Shown here: positions 20,797 to 31,212 of the stretch, one piece after another | How the letters are laid out: every line of letters starts with the position of its first letter | Position numbering within the stretch: the first letter of the stretch is position 1 | Source: a virus | Lineage: Duplodnaviria > Caudoviricetes | Virus record (IMG/VR): IMGVR_UViG_3300031867_000006 | Location: 101,770 to 165,769 of that record | Strand: one strand, 5' to 3' | Length of the DNA: 64,000 bases | The notes under the pieces: generated by a model | Told to the model about the DNA's origin: nothing | Database searches by the model: none | Seen by the model: the letters and a program-made list of their open reading frames with translations, nothing else | Translations under genes and position numbers: made by a program

Positions 20797-20937
20797 ACTT
20801 TTCACCTCCTCTGATGTAGTGATATTAATATAGAATAAAAATAGCCACTATATTGCTACATCAGAGATATAATATATAAGTGAAATACAGAACTTTAACA
20901 AAAAATAATCCCTAGGCTATTACGCCTAGGGAGTTTA

Positions 20938-21105
20938 TTATTCATCTAATAATTCGACTACGTCTAATCCAGGTGATAAATTAATTCCTTCTTTATCATT
21001 AAATTCAAATATTTTATCCAAGAAATAGTTTATCCCTTCAACATATTCTTCTTTTACTTCAATAATAGTTTCCCGACCATCTATAACAACTCTGTACTTT
21101 CTCAT
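20938..21105 (-). CDS. 55-aa protein (not in ORF track)
   Basis: GGAGG RBS, ATGA overlap with the upstream ORF, ends at a hairpin. Confidence 0.6.
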   Translation of the reverse strand: MRKYRVVIDGRETIIEVKEEYVEGINYFLDKIFEFNDKEGINLSPGLDVVELLDE

Positions 21106-21269
21106 TTCCTATCCTCCACTATTCTACACATTGTTTTTCTCTGGTTCTTATCTTCTGGTATATGGATCTCTAAATCTATCTTTCCATCTCGTGTTTTATT
21201 GAAATCTATTGTAGTATTAGAGATTCTGTCAATAGTATTAATTACTTTCTTGAGTGTATCATTCTGCAT
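21102..21269 (-). CDS. 55-aa protein ending ...KNQRKTMCRIVEDRK (not in ORF track)
   Basis: Manual translation; tandem paralog of 21259-21432. Confidence 0.7.
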   Translation of the reverse strand: MQNDTLKKVINTIDRISNTTIDFNKTRDGKIDLEIHIPEDKNQRKTMCRIVEDRK

Positions 21270-21432
21270 CTTTATTGTCTCCTATGATATGACACATTGT
21301 TTTTCTCTGGTTCTTACCTTCAGGAATATGAACTACATCTATCCTGCCATCTTCTCTTTTTCTAAAATCTACGGTATTTCCAATAACTTTATCTATAAAT
21401 TCTGTTGCTTGCTCGAATATATTCTTATCCAT
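21259..21432 (-). CDS. 57-aa protein ending ...KNQRKTMCHIIGDNKDAE (not in ORF track)
   Basis: Manual translation; AAGGAG RBS; paralog of 21102-21269. Confidence 0.7.
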   Translation of the reverse strand: MDKNIFEQATEFIDKVIGNTVDFRKREDGRIDVVHIPEGKNQRKTMCHIIGDNKDAE

Positions 21433-22273
21433 TTATATTCTCCTTTCCTCCTACAATACACATTCTGTTTCTTGCTGCCTTTATTATAACGCCTACATAA
21501 TAGACATTATTTTTCTCATCATAATCATTTCTACATTCTAAATCGAAATATATATGGTTTAGTATTATATTTCTCTTCCACTCTATGAATTCTTCTACAT
21601 CTTGTTTTGCTATGCAAGAATTAGCCATTAATACCATAATTTTATTCTTAGTATTATCAGCATTCATATCTACTAATACAATCTTCTTAGTTGGATCTTG
21701 GCAAGCCTCCATCATATTGTGTTCTAAAGCCTTAATATGATCTTCAGATAAGAAGAATGATAGATTCAAGAATACCACTTCCATATAAGTCATTCTACGA
21801 TAGAATAAGCCTACATCATAACGCTGCATTGTATATGGATATTCCACACTTACATACTCAGACATATCTACACCAAATAGATTATGAATCTCATTAATAT
21901 GATTCGCTATGAATATATTCGTATGTACTTCCACAGGCGCTTCTATAGAGAACTGATATTCTGGATATTGCTTAGTATTATATCGCTCTATGATATACTG
22001 ATCTACATGATGTAATTCATGTAGTACTGTCATGACTATATATTGCTTATAAATATTATAGTCTGTTGGACAATATCTAAATCCAGCCATTGGAAATATG
22101 TAAACTATCCCGGGTGCTATACAGCATCCAGCTTCATTAGTTATATAATTACCCCTCCAATCTATTATAAGTTTAGCCTTGATTATATTATTAATCTTAC
22201 CATTATAATAATTAAATATATTTTTTATTAGCATTTCAATTTCATTCTGTTTTTCTATAATATCAAATTGCAT
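21425..22273 (-). CDS. HExxH metallopeptidase-like protein
   Basis: VLHELHH...E motif; class-1 promoter motif upstream. Confidence 0.6.
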   Translation of the reverse strand: MQFDIIEKQNEIEMLIKNIFNYYNGKINNIIKAKLIIDWRGNYITNEAGCCIAPGIVYIFPMAGFRYCPTDYNIYKQYIVMTVLHELHHVDQYIIERYNTKQYPEYQFSIEAPVEVHTNIFIANHINEIHNLFGVDMSEYVSVEYPYTMQRYDVGLFYRRMTYMEVVFLNLSFFLSEDHIKALEHNMMEACQDPTKKIVLVDMNADNTKNKIMVLMANSCIAKQDVEEFIEWKRNIILNHIYFDLECRNDYDEKNNVYYVGVIIKAARNRMCIVGGKENING

Positions 22274-22362
22274 TTATATTATCCTCCTCTCTTACAGCTT
22301 TATAATATACAATTATAAGACATTTTATTAATGAAGCTTAATTAACCCTTGGAGGTGATTAT

Positions 22363-23115
22363 ATGTATAAAGATGTAAACACGCCGGCGAATAGAATGAC
22401 TCTATTGCTGAATCGAATAGAACGTAAATTGGGAACAATTACACTAGATCTTCCCGATAAGATTGGTAAGAATTACTGGCCTACGATAATTAAAGAAGAG
22501 AGCATCCCTACATTTAGTAGGTATTTCCCTTATGCTATAACTATCATAGTCGATAGATCATGTAAGAAAGACGAATTCTATTTTATCGATAAGGATGTTC
22601 CTGCTGGAGCTACCATCCTAGGTGTACAAGACGTAAACTGGGATATTTATAGAGCAAACTCTGGTTATGATAGGTTCGCATTCTTGCAGAATTATGGACC
22701 CGATCAGATAGCACTCACTCAGGCTGCTGCGGATTACACTAGCTTATTTAACTTAGGTATATTCCCAATATTTTTACCGCCCAATAAGATTAGGTTGGAA
22801 ACAACTAACGGTAATATCTATAATAAGGCTTTCAATTTCCCTCTTAGGATATTTATCGAACATCCTGACAACTTGATGACCATTGCGCCTACAAAGATGG
22901 AGACATTTGAGCAGCTCTGTATGTGTGATGTTGCTATATTCCTCTATCATCAGCTTAAATACTACGATGAGGTTGACTCCTCATTCATAACCACATCATT
23001 AAAGCTTGATGTTCTGCAGGAGTATGCGAATAAACGACCTGAAATAATTGAGCGGTTAGAAAACGCTTATGTATCACAGGCTAATGATGACCAACCATCT
23101 ATGATTTGTCTATAA
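22363..23115 (+). CDS. Hypothetical protein, probably late/virion
   Basis: GGAGGT RBS; GACA-N6-TA upstream. Confidence 0.65.
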   Translation: MYKDVNTPANRMTLLLNRIERKLGTITLDLPDKIGKNYWPTIIKEESIPTFSRYFPYAITIIVDRSCKKDEFYFIDKDVPAGATILGVQDVNWDIYRANSGYDRFAFLQNYGPDQIALTQAAADYTSLFNLGIFPIFLPPNKIRLETTNGNIYNKAFNFPLRIFIEHPDNLMTIAPTKMETFEQLCMCDVAIFLYHQLKYYDEVDSSFITTSLKLDVLQEYANKRPEIIERLENAYVSQANDDQPSMICL

Positions 23116-23145
23116 ATAAACTTATGCGGAGTAGGCTCAATTGGC

Positions 23146-23901
23146 CTACTCCACAATTCTGCACATTACTTTCTTTTTTCTTTCTTCAGCTCCTGTAGAT
23201 GATAAGAATCCTTCTTTAAAATATAATTTATTGGGACTATTTCTCTGTTGTCTTTCATGCTCTATATTGCCGTTTATATTCTGATAATTATATGGCACAT
23301 AATGACTACCGATATAATTAAGCATAGTCATCGCAGACAAACTCATGTTAAAATTCCTTATAAAATATAAGAACCCTAAGAATTTTTCGACTGGAACCAT
23401 AAAACTCATAACTTCACTATTTACATAGAAAATCACTCCAATTCGCTCGTATCCATCGCGGTCAGTGAATACAGTCGGTTCCATTGAAATATACCCATAT
23501 CTGAAATTCACTCTTTCTGAGTACTGCCTAACGGGTATGATTATATGGCCATCTTTTTTCGCAAACACATCTTGATCGCCAGTAAACCACTTCTCTACAA
23601 TATCCAGCTTATGCAAAAAGAAATACATATCATCTTGATATATCCTTAATTGATATCTTAATCCAGAACTATCTCTTTCAGAAGATTCTATCATTAAATA
23701 ATATACATACCTTCTATTAATCGTTATAGCAAATCCATTCTTATTATTATATCCATATTCAGAAACATAATTTCTAATACGATCATCTGTATCTTTAACG
23801 TTTAATTCAACGCAAAATTTCATATGCCATTTTGTAGTAAAATAATATACATCATCTTGAATCTTATTATAATCATTATGATTTATCTTTCGACTCATCA
23901 T
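23146..23901 (-). CDS. Hypothetical protein with C-terminal KVMCRIVE motif
   Basis: 251-aa ORF with GGAGG RBS. Confidence 0.75.
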   Translation of the reverse strand: MMSRKINHNDYNKIQDDVYYFTTKWHMKFCVELNVKDTDDRIRNYVSEYGYNNKNGFAITINRRYVYYLMIESSERDSSGLRYQLRIYQDDMYFFLHKLDIVEKWFTGDQDVFAKKDGHIIIPVRQYSERVNFRYGYISMEPTVFTDRDGYERIGVIFYVNSEVMSFMVPVEKFLGFLYFIRNFNMSLSAMTMLNYIGSHYVPYNYQNINGNIEHERQQRNSPNKLYFKEGFLSSTGAEERKKKVMCRIVE

Positions 23902-24044
23902 TCGTCCTCCATAATAAACTCCATTTACTCTAAAGTTTATTACTTAATAAAAAATAAAAATAATACCGGATTAATTGAGCCCTCACTAAGAGGGCCCTAA
24001 TCCGGTTGAGTAATAACCAACAAATATTTGACTGGGCTTACGTA

Positions 24045-25412
24045 TTATTTACGCTTACCCTTTCCTTTGTTTTTCTTTGACTGTGTCTTCTGCTGCTTTG
24101 CCGGTGTAACTGTTTCTTCCTTAGATGCTTCTGCTTTACAGTCATCGCAGTCACATCCATCATGATGTTCCACCGGTTTGCCGAATCTTCCAACCTGCAT
24201 TCTATAACTCGGTCTACCATCCGGCATCGATATAGAAGTCGGGTCCATCAGAACTAAGATATCATCCTTATCCTTAGATGCAACCTTAAATGCAAGGCTA
24301 TAGTTAGGATCTCCGCCCTGCTCTACAGACGGCATTGGAATCTCGATGAACTGCGGATTGTTGGGCCTGCACGTTGAATGCAGCTCTCTCATCTTTTCCT
24401 TAATGAAAGGACTCTGATGAGCCATATGCCATAAGTTCTTCAGATTATCTCTGTTGAACTCATGTGTTCCGGGAATGAACTTATAGTTCTTCTCAAGTTC
24501 CCTTGTGATGTCCTTTAGATCTGAATTATTCAGATCGATCTTACCATGAACCACATTATTCTGCGCTATATTCGCAGCATTCTGCATAGCCTGAGCTGGC
24601 GTTGTAGGCGTAAGAGTCGGACCCTGCGGAGCCATCTGTTGTGGTGTTACAATCGTTGCTTGATGCTGTTGATTAACAAACCTACTAGCATCAAATCCTA
24701 CAGGTGCAGGATTAGGCTCTGCAACTACCTGCTGACCAGGCTGCTGGAACTGCTTACGAAATTCCTCACTGTCTTCAGATCCCTTGATATCAGACTTAAT
24801 ATCTTTTACAATCTGATCTACAGTCTTAGCCGCTGCAGTTGTAGCTGCTGCCTGAATAGCTTCAGCTTTTTCGCTATCAGTCAACACCTTATCCTTAGAG
24901 TCGCCATCCTTGGCTTTATCTTTTCCGTCCTTGGATTCCTCTTTGGATTTAGCTTCCTTGCTATCTTTATCAGCATCCTTGCCTTTAGCTTTGGCATCGG
25001 CTTCGTTAAGCTTCTGCTGTTTCGCCTTCTTTTCTTCCTCTGACACTGCCTTGCGATCGATCTCGATATCTTTAATAATATCTTTAACGATATCGGTAAA
25101 GTTATCGATTTCAGCTACCTTGAGCATATTGAATAAACCGGCGAACGCTTCATAGTCTCCATGCTTATTTGCCATCGCCAGCTCGACATACTCCTTACCC
25201 ATTCCGATGTCGAATTTGCCGTCATCATCATATATTCCTTCGATGATATCTTTAGCCATCTGCTCATCGTCGGAATCAATAAAGAACTGCATAGGTGAGC
25301 AAACACACGCAGATTCAAGAATCGCATTCCTTGCGAGCTCTTTACTATCAGATGAAAAGGTTACGTCCTTCGAAAAGGCATGTCCGTTCTTGATTACTAA
25401 TTGCTTTGCCAT
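24045..25412 (-). CDS. Hypothetical protein with charged and Q/P-rich low-complexity segments
   Basis: 455 aa, AAGGAGG RBS, class-1 motif at 25470, HHDGCDCDDC near the C-terminus. Confidence 0.75.
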   Translation of the reverse strand: MAKQLVIKNGHAFSKDVTFSSDSKELARNAILESACVCSPMQFFIDSDDEQMAKDIIEGIYDDDGKFDIGMGKEYVELAMANKHGDYEAFAGLFNMLKVAEIDNFTDIVKDIIKDIEIDRKAVSEEEKKAKQQKLNEADAKAKGKDADKDSKEAKSKEESKDGKDKAKDGDSKDKVLTDSEKAEAIQAAATTAAAKTVDQIVKDIKSDIKGSEDSEEFRKQFQQPGQQVVAEPNPAPVGFDASRFVNQQHQATIVTPQQMAPQGPTLTPTTPAQAMQNAANIAQNNVVHGKIDLNNSDLKDITRELEKNYKFIPGTHEFNRDNLKNLWHMAHQSPFIKEKMRELHSTCRPNNPQFIEIPMPSVEQGGDPNYSLAFKVASKDKDDILVLMDPTSISMPDGRPSYRMQVGRFGKPVEHHDGCDCDDCKAEASKEETVTPAKQQKTQSKKNKGKGKRK

Positions 25413-25504
25413 ATTTATATCCTCCTTATCAATTGTAATCTATTTAACCATCTGGCTACTACTCAGATATATATTATACAATTGAAAATTTGGATAATAC
25501 ATAT

Positions 25505-27034
25505 TTATTCTTTATAGACTCTCATACACATAACCTTCTTCTCTTTGTATTTCTTTTTAACCTTAAGGAACTGCTCTTCTATCTCTACATCAGATAGAGG
25601 TACATCCTTACAGGTTTTAGCATACTGTGAGAATACTGGTTTCTTAACCTTATAGTACTTCTTAGTAAAGTAGAATCCATTATCTACAATATCTATATAG
25701 AATGTATTATCGGCACGGCAACGACCAAGTGTCTGTCTGGCCAATACAGATGATCTAAATGGCTCAGCTAAGTTTATAGTACATTTAAGATCCGCTATAT
25801 CTTGGGCTGCACCACATGACTTAGTAGTGGATAAGATAATCTTTTTATATAGATTATACTCCTTATCTTCTTTATCAACTATAGATGTATATACACCCAC
25901 ATGGCGTTCTAAGAATGGGAAGTTCTCTACTATATATTCGTATGTTTTCATTACACCTTCATTCATGCCTATATAGACAAGAATCTTACCATCCATATTC
26001 ATCATCATATCTACTAATATGCAGACTATCTTATAATACACTTCTTTAGAAGTTATATATTTCACATATGCATTTCTATTGAATCCATATGCATTTGAGC
26101 AAGCCTGTATATCCAATGGTGTAGGATGAGAATTAAAATGCATAGCTATATAGTTTACATGAGGATCTGAATTAGGATCAAATAGAGATATAGAAGGTAC
26201 ATTCTTGAAATACAACTGATATATTGCATTCTCCTCATCATGAGATCTCTGTGGAGTTGCTGTAAGATAGAGCGTCTTTCTAGTATTAGAATGCATGTCT
26301 ATTCTGCTCATATTATCGAAGTATAAATGAGCCTCATCATATACTTTGAGCCCACATTGTAAATGAGCGAACAACTCATCTATTCTTTCCCATCCATGTT
26401 TATCACCGTATGACTTTATAGTCGAATGTGATACTAAGAACACCTGGTAATCTAATGGATCTCCACATAGTATTCTATCTACAGATACACTACCAGATAT
26501 CATATAAACATCTTTATCTAATAAAGGAGTGTATTCAAATATCTTCTCCCTCCACTGCTCTAGCCAGTTTATAGCACTGGTTATGATAATCATTCTAGAT
26601 CCTGTATAACACATCGCTGCTACAGTTAGAAATGTCTTGCCGGAACCTGTAGTCGTATTAACGCAAAGCTGACTCTTAGACTTGGTATATTGGTATTTGC
26701 CTTCACCGATAATGAATTTAAGAATCTCACTCTGTCTATCATCTCTAGTTAAATACTTAATTGGAATCTGGTCAGTATTCACATATGGATCAGGCTTTTT
26801 ATCTACCATAGGCGTCACGTTAAACATTCTCTCAAGATATGATATATCTATACCTCTAGGCAAAAAGAGCTTTCTCTTCTCTATATCATATTCAATAACC
26901 TTAACGTCGGTAGTATGTCGCATAGGATCATATATAGAAAACGTATATTCTAAGCTAGGACAATCACCTAAATCATAATCATTAACTTCTATCCTAGTAT
27001 GCTTTAAAACAATTTTAGGCTTAATCTTTTCCAT
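25505..27034 (-). CDS. Superfamily 2 (UvsW-like) helicase
   Basis: TTGSGKT, DEAH, TAT and QTLGRCR motifs. Confidence 0.9.
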   Translation of the reverse strand: MEKIKPKIVLKHTRIEVNDYDLGDCPSLEYTFSIYDPMRHTTDVKVIEYDIEKRKLFLPRGIDISYLERMFNVTPMVDKKPDPYVNTDQIPIKYLTRDDRQSEILKFIIGEGKYQYTKSKSQLCVNTTTGSGKTFLTVAAMCYTGSRMIIITSAINWLEQWREKIFEYTPLLDKDVYMISGSVSVDRILCGDPLDYQVFLVSHSTIKSYGDKHGWERIDELFAHLQCGLKVYDEAHLYFDNMSRIDMHSNTRKTLYLTATPQRSHDEENAIYQLYFKNVPSISLFDPNSDPHVNYIAMHFNSHPTPLDIQACSNAYGFNRNAYVKYITSKEVYYKIVCILVDMMMNMDGKILVYIGMNEGVMKTYEYIVENFPFLERHVGVYTSIVDKEDKEYNLYKKIILSTTKSCGAAQDIADLKCTINLAEPFRSSVLARQTLGRCRADNTFYIDIVDNGFYFTKKYYKVKKPVFSQYAKTCKDVPLSDVEIEEQFLKVKKKYKEKKVMCMRVYKE

Positions 27035-27149
27035 TATTTTATCTCCTCCAACGGATAACGTATTACTATAAAGTTCAATACATTATATTTTCTTATTAAA
27101 CCGATAGCGTTCGATAAGAAAAAATGATGCGGGGTTGCCCCCCGCTTCA

Positions 27150-27866
27150 TTAATAAGAAAGACTCGCCGCGTTTTGTATATAATCTGCATATCCGTCATA
27201 TGTTTCAGTCTTCCTAAAGAAGTTTACGTCTGATTTAAATTGCTTTGCGTTGAAATTTGTTTCTACTCCATATACCCCTTCAATCTTAAATCCTTTATTA
27301 TTGTCATTATGAGCTTCTGTAAATAATCTTAAACATTCACCTACCTTTCTTGTTATTTTATGCACGTCACTGGGTGTTTTGATCCAGTTTTCACAATTTA
27401 CAAATTCATCTTCTGTTAACAGTTGCATCTCGTTTAATTCCTCCAAAAACGTTTTAAATCTTAATTTTATCACATTACACATATTATATTCTACCGACTT
27501 TAATAATTCTTCACACGCTTGTTTATTTCCATAAAGCTCACAATTATATAATTCTATCTCTATAGGCATATATCCGGGCTTATACCAATCATGAAATTGA
27601 GAATATAAATTCTTAGTCAGTTGTCTCAATCTATCAGTGAATAATATTCTATCCTCTACAGTTGGTACTGGCAAAGACTTTATATAATATTCAATCATTT
27701 CTTTTATATCTGGTGTCATAGCTTCTTCGTCGTATGTAACGACATCTATACTTGTGCTTACTATACTGACTGCACTATAATGATAATTATAGTTTATTAT
27801 ATCTATGAGTGTCATTAAAGTATTCAAATTCAATTTAATCACCTCCAAAGGAAACCGGTAGAGCAA
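27150..27866 (-). CDS. Hypothetical protein
   Basis: 238-aa ORF; start uncertain (GGAGGTG RBS near 27845). Confidence 0.6.
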   Translation of the reverse strand: MLYRFPLEVIKLNLNTLMTLIDIINYNYHYSAVSIVSTSIDVVTYDEEAMTPDIKEMIEYYIKSLPVPTVEDRILFTDRLRQLTKNLYSQFHDWYKPGYMPIEIELYNCELYGNKQACEELLKSVEYNMCNVIKLRFKTFLEELNEMQLLTEDEFVNCENWIKTPSDVHKITRKVGECLRLFTEAHNDNNKGFKIEGVYGVETNFNAKQFKSDVNFFRKTETYDGYADYIQNAASLSY

Positions 27867-27887
27867 ATTGCCCTACCGGGATAATAT

Positions 27888-30086
27888 TTATTCTTTTGTT
27901 TTGTCAACAATTCTACACATTACAACTTTGGTATCTCTGTCTTGAATGCCAGTGTTGGAATGGTCGATATACATGTTGTCTTCCATATATATCTGGGGCT
28001 GCTCCATGAAGAACAGATCAAAGAAGCTAGGCTTATTCTTAGCGAATGTAAGAGGATTATACATCACTCTGTTAAGATCCTTATACAGCAAGGATATAAT
28101 TACGCTCTGGTTATTAGCTAATGATCTATTCAATGTCAGTAACTTGTACTGTACTCCAGGATCAGCCCAATTAGGCTTATCAAGCATATTATCTGCAGCA
28201 ACAATCTGGTTAGCTAAGATAACCTCAAGATGTACAGAATCAATATTCAAGTTACCATCTATTACAAGATCTACAAGCCTCTGCATAGCCTCATCAATAT
28301 CCATAGACTCGGTTACGTCTGCTTTATTAATAAGATGCATGATATCCATCATAGCCTTGGAGAGCTCATTATTGTTAATCTTAATATAGAACAGCACGTC
28401 TTCTGCAATACTGCTCAGCGGAATGTTTACCAATCCATCATCATTTGTAGCTCTGCGTCTGATTCTATCATTAAGATAGCTTGTTATATAGAGATTATCA
28501 TCAGATTCAGACTTGAAAAGGATTTCCTGACCATCAGGAGTACGAATATAGAACTTAGTAATGTACTCATTATAGATGGTTGTTTCAGCATCCTCATCAC
28601 TCTTAACGGAATCCTCCTCCTCGCTAACAAGACATACATCATCTGGATTAATAAGCATTACATACTTGCCTAAGTTAGGAACGTCCTCCAGATTAGATGA
28701 TAATGATATAGCGTTGGCTTCAATATCGAAATACTGTTCGAACTCTTCATTCCAGACTATCTCGACAATCTTAGTCTCCAATAGATGTTTTGCTGAAAGA
28801 AGTCGCTGGGTTAGCATAGCCGACAGGAGTTCCGCAGCAATCTTACCAACGTTGATATCATTATTGATATAATAAAGATCTCCATAGCACTTGGAACAGA
28901 TACCTCTATTGTTAGACATACTATTGCATGTCATAGGCGAATATAAATATATCGTCTTACCGAGTAATGTGATATCATACTCATTAACAACATGATCCAT
29001 GCCATTAGGGTTGAATCTATAATATCTGTTCTTAATCATAGACAGATGCTTCTTACTCTTGATGGTAAACTTAATTGGTCTACGAGTATTGCATATATAA
29101 TTAGGGTTCGGATTTAATATAGTATCCGTATTATTCAACCCCATAATTCTAGCCATATCACCGGAATCACCGACATACTCTTTCGACATAACCTGTGCAG
29201 TACGAGCTGTAGATGACTCTATAAATAGAGCTATAGGGCTATTAACACCACCATTACTGAATGACTGTCTAATTACATATGGAAATACTGTATCATAAAT
29301 AGACTTAGTACCAATGTTTACTCGGGCTTCTTTAAACTGACGTTCATTAATAGCCTCAGACGCTTTGAATGAGTTCGTTAAGCCATGTTCATAACCGATA
29401 AGCTTCTTAGAATTCTTGATATAATTGATTACTTGCGATGCAGTGTTCTGACCCTCATCTTTTACATTATTAAACTGCACGTCTTCATAGGTTCTATTAA
29501 GCAATGCAGCATACTCAGGATACTGCTGCATAAGAGCAATATCATCCTCATTGTTTATAGTATTAGCAAGGTAATAAGCAAAGTCCTCTACCATACTATA
29601 ATTCCAAGTACCATCCTCAATAACCTCATTAAGCACGTACTTACCGAATCTCTTTTTCTTATCAGTATCTAAGATATACTTATCTATGAAGTCCTTAATA
29701 TTACCCCTTTTAAGCTCCATATTCCAGAATATATGCTTAGGCCTGATCTGTTCATTTACTTTGAGTAACATAGACCACATAAAGAGATTAAACCAGTAGT
29801 CTATAATGCTTAGGTTACACCATTTACCATCTCCCCAATCGATACGATACTTAGTAGTCTCAATATACTCAGTATTAATACCATCCTTGAGAATTGCGGA
29901 TATAGCCTGAATGTGATCATCAATATTATGGCTATTAATATCCTTCGCAGGATTAATGGTGAAGCTTGTTAAGTTTCTTATAGCTTCTTCATACACATAA
30001 TAATTACGATAGTTCTGTAGGGGCTCTTCCTCTACAATGTTAAACATTTCTGTAGTTACCATAATTCTTAGTCTCCTCAAATACAA
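27888..30086 (-). CDS. Phage multisubunit RNA polymerase beta' subunit, C-terminal half
   Basis: YSPMTC....GICSKCYG zinc site, NVGKIAAELLSAMLTQRLLSAKH (trigger-loop region), SVHLEVI. Confidence 0.85.
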   Translation of the reverse strand: MYLRRLRIMVTTEMFNIVEEEPLQNYRNYYVYEEAIRNLTSFTINPAKDINSHNIDDHIQAISAILKDGINTEYIETTKYRIDWGDGKWCNLSIIDYWFNLFMWSMLLKVNEQIRPKHIFWNMELKRGNIKDFIDKYILDTDKKKRFGKYVLNEVIEDGTWNYSMVEDFAYYLANTINNEDDIALMQQYPEYAALLNRTYEDVQFNNVKDEGQNTASQVINYIKNSKKLIGYEHGLTNSFKASEAINERQFKEARVNIGTKSIYDTVFPYVIRQSFSNGGVNSPIALFIESSTARTAQVMSKEYVGDSGDMARIMGLNNTDTILNPNPNYICNTRRPIKFTIKSKKHLSMIKNRYYRFNPNGMDHVVNEYDITLLGKTIYLYSPMTCNSMSNNRGICSKCYGDLYYINNDINVGKIAAELLSAMLTQRLLSAKHLLETKIVEIVWNEEFEQYFDIEANAISLSSNLEDVPNLGKYVMLINPDDVCLVSEEEDSVKSDEDAETTIYNEYITKFYIRTPDGQEILFKSESDDNLYITSYLNDRIRRRATNDDGLVNIPLSSIAEDVLFYIKINNNELSKAMMDIMHLINKADVTESMDIDEAMQRLVDLVIDGNLNIDSVHLEVILANQIVAADNMLDKPNWADPGVQYKLLTLNRSLANNQSVIISLLYKDLNRVMYNPLTFAKNKPSFFDLFFMEQPQIYMEDNMYIDHSNTGIQDRDTKVVMCRIVDKTKE

Positions 30087-30255
30087 TTATTCCTTTATTT
30101 ATTACTTCTATAATATACAATTTAAATTGATATTATACTTTATTGTTTAAGCTTATGTAAAAATCGAAAATTTACCCCAGTGAGCATAAGCCCACTGGGG
30201 TAGGTAGCAAAAAATATGCCATATGATGGACTATTCTCCTGTGCGAAACGGAGAA

Positions 30256-30346
30256 CCAGTCTGGACTGGAGTCGAACCAGCAACTATAACAATCTTTTCT
30301 GCACGCCGAAAATGATTGTTCGCTTTCCCAATTAAGCTACAGACTG
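30256..30346 (-). tRNA. tRNA-like element with elongated anticodon arm; identity not assignable
   Basis: Acceptor CAGTCTG/CAGACTG, D arm GCTT/AAGC, T arm GCTGG-TTCGACT-CCAGT; anticodon arm has 12 bp and an 8-nt loop; no encoded CCA. Confidence 0.6.
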
Positions 30347-30359
30347 ATAAAATATATAG

Positions 30360-31016
30360 CAGTGCGATAAATGAATATATCTTTGAGGAGATCTTCATTT
30401 GTTATAGATGTTGTTTTGGGTCTACAAACTTTAGCTAGAAGTAGTAGTATGTGTGGAGCTTCACCGCTATATATTTCATGGGGGTAATCATTTGTTATAA
30501 AAGGGGAAACATAACAAAATCTTATTTTATTTAAACCGAGCTCCACTGTCGGATAAATATCTCCGCCTTTCTTTCTGCCGTACGTCGCAGGTTCCTGTTC
30601 GATAACAACTCTTGTCAAGAAAAGCTTAGACCCAGAATTGTCCAGTTTCATTAGATTTAAGCATGAATTGATCAGATCCACACCCTAATGACCGAGCCGA
30701 CACTATAGATAGGCTCAAATATATACGCAGCCAGCCAGTTAATGCTTTAGCGGAAATACCCGCAATTGATAGTTAGGCCGTCCGCAAACTGTTATTATGG
30801 CTATGAACCATTGGGGAAGACAACAAGCCCACTAGACTTTATCTAGAATAACAGTAATACTGCAATGGGTTATAAAGCACTTTTCTTAATGGCAGCAAGA
30901 ATAGCAATTTTTATTGCAGTATTTTATATATGAAAGCAGAATATGGTGATCTTGGTTTGCAGCAATGAAAACCTAAAACAATTATATTTCCAAAAGAGGT
31001 AGTATATATTCCGCCT
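30360..31016 (-). ncRNA. Candidate large structured ncRNA
   Basis: About 650 nt without a credible ORF, several nested inverted repeats, GACA-N6-TA motif at 31016-31027, adjacent tRNA-like element, terminator at 30173-30202. Confidence 0.5.
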
Positions 31017-31212
31017 ACATACATGTCATGCTTGTGGTAAAAATTTACTTTAAGCATAATTATGCCCCCCTTAAAATGTTAAACTTTATAACGCTCTCAA
31101 CAATCTATTAAATAAAGAATGGTCTATTAGGGGCAAGATGTTGAAAATTGGCAAGTTCTTCATCTCCCTAGTAGTGCTATAGAAAGGAGGACTTTATTTC
31201 AGTAACACGTTA

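Noticed and set aside
30337-30681. 114-aa ORF
   Set aside because: GTG start without a clear RBS, no recognisable motif, overlaps the tRNA-like element and the structured region
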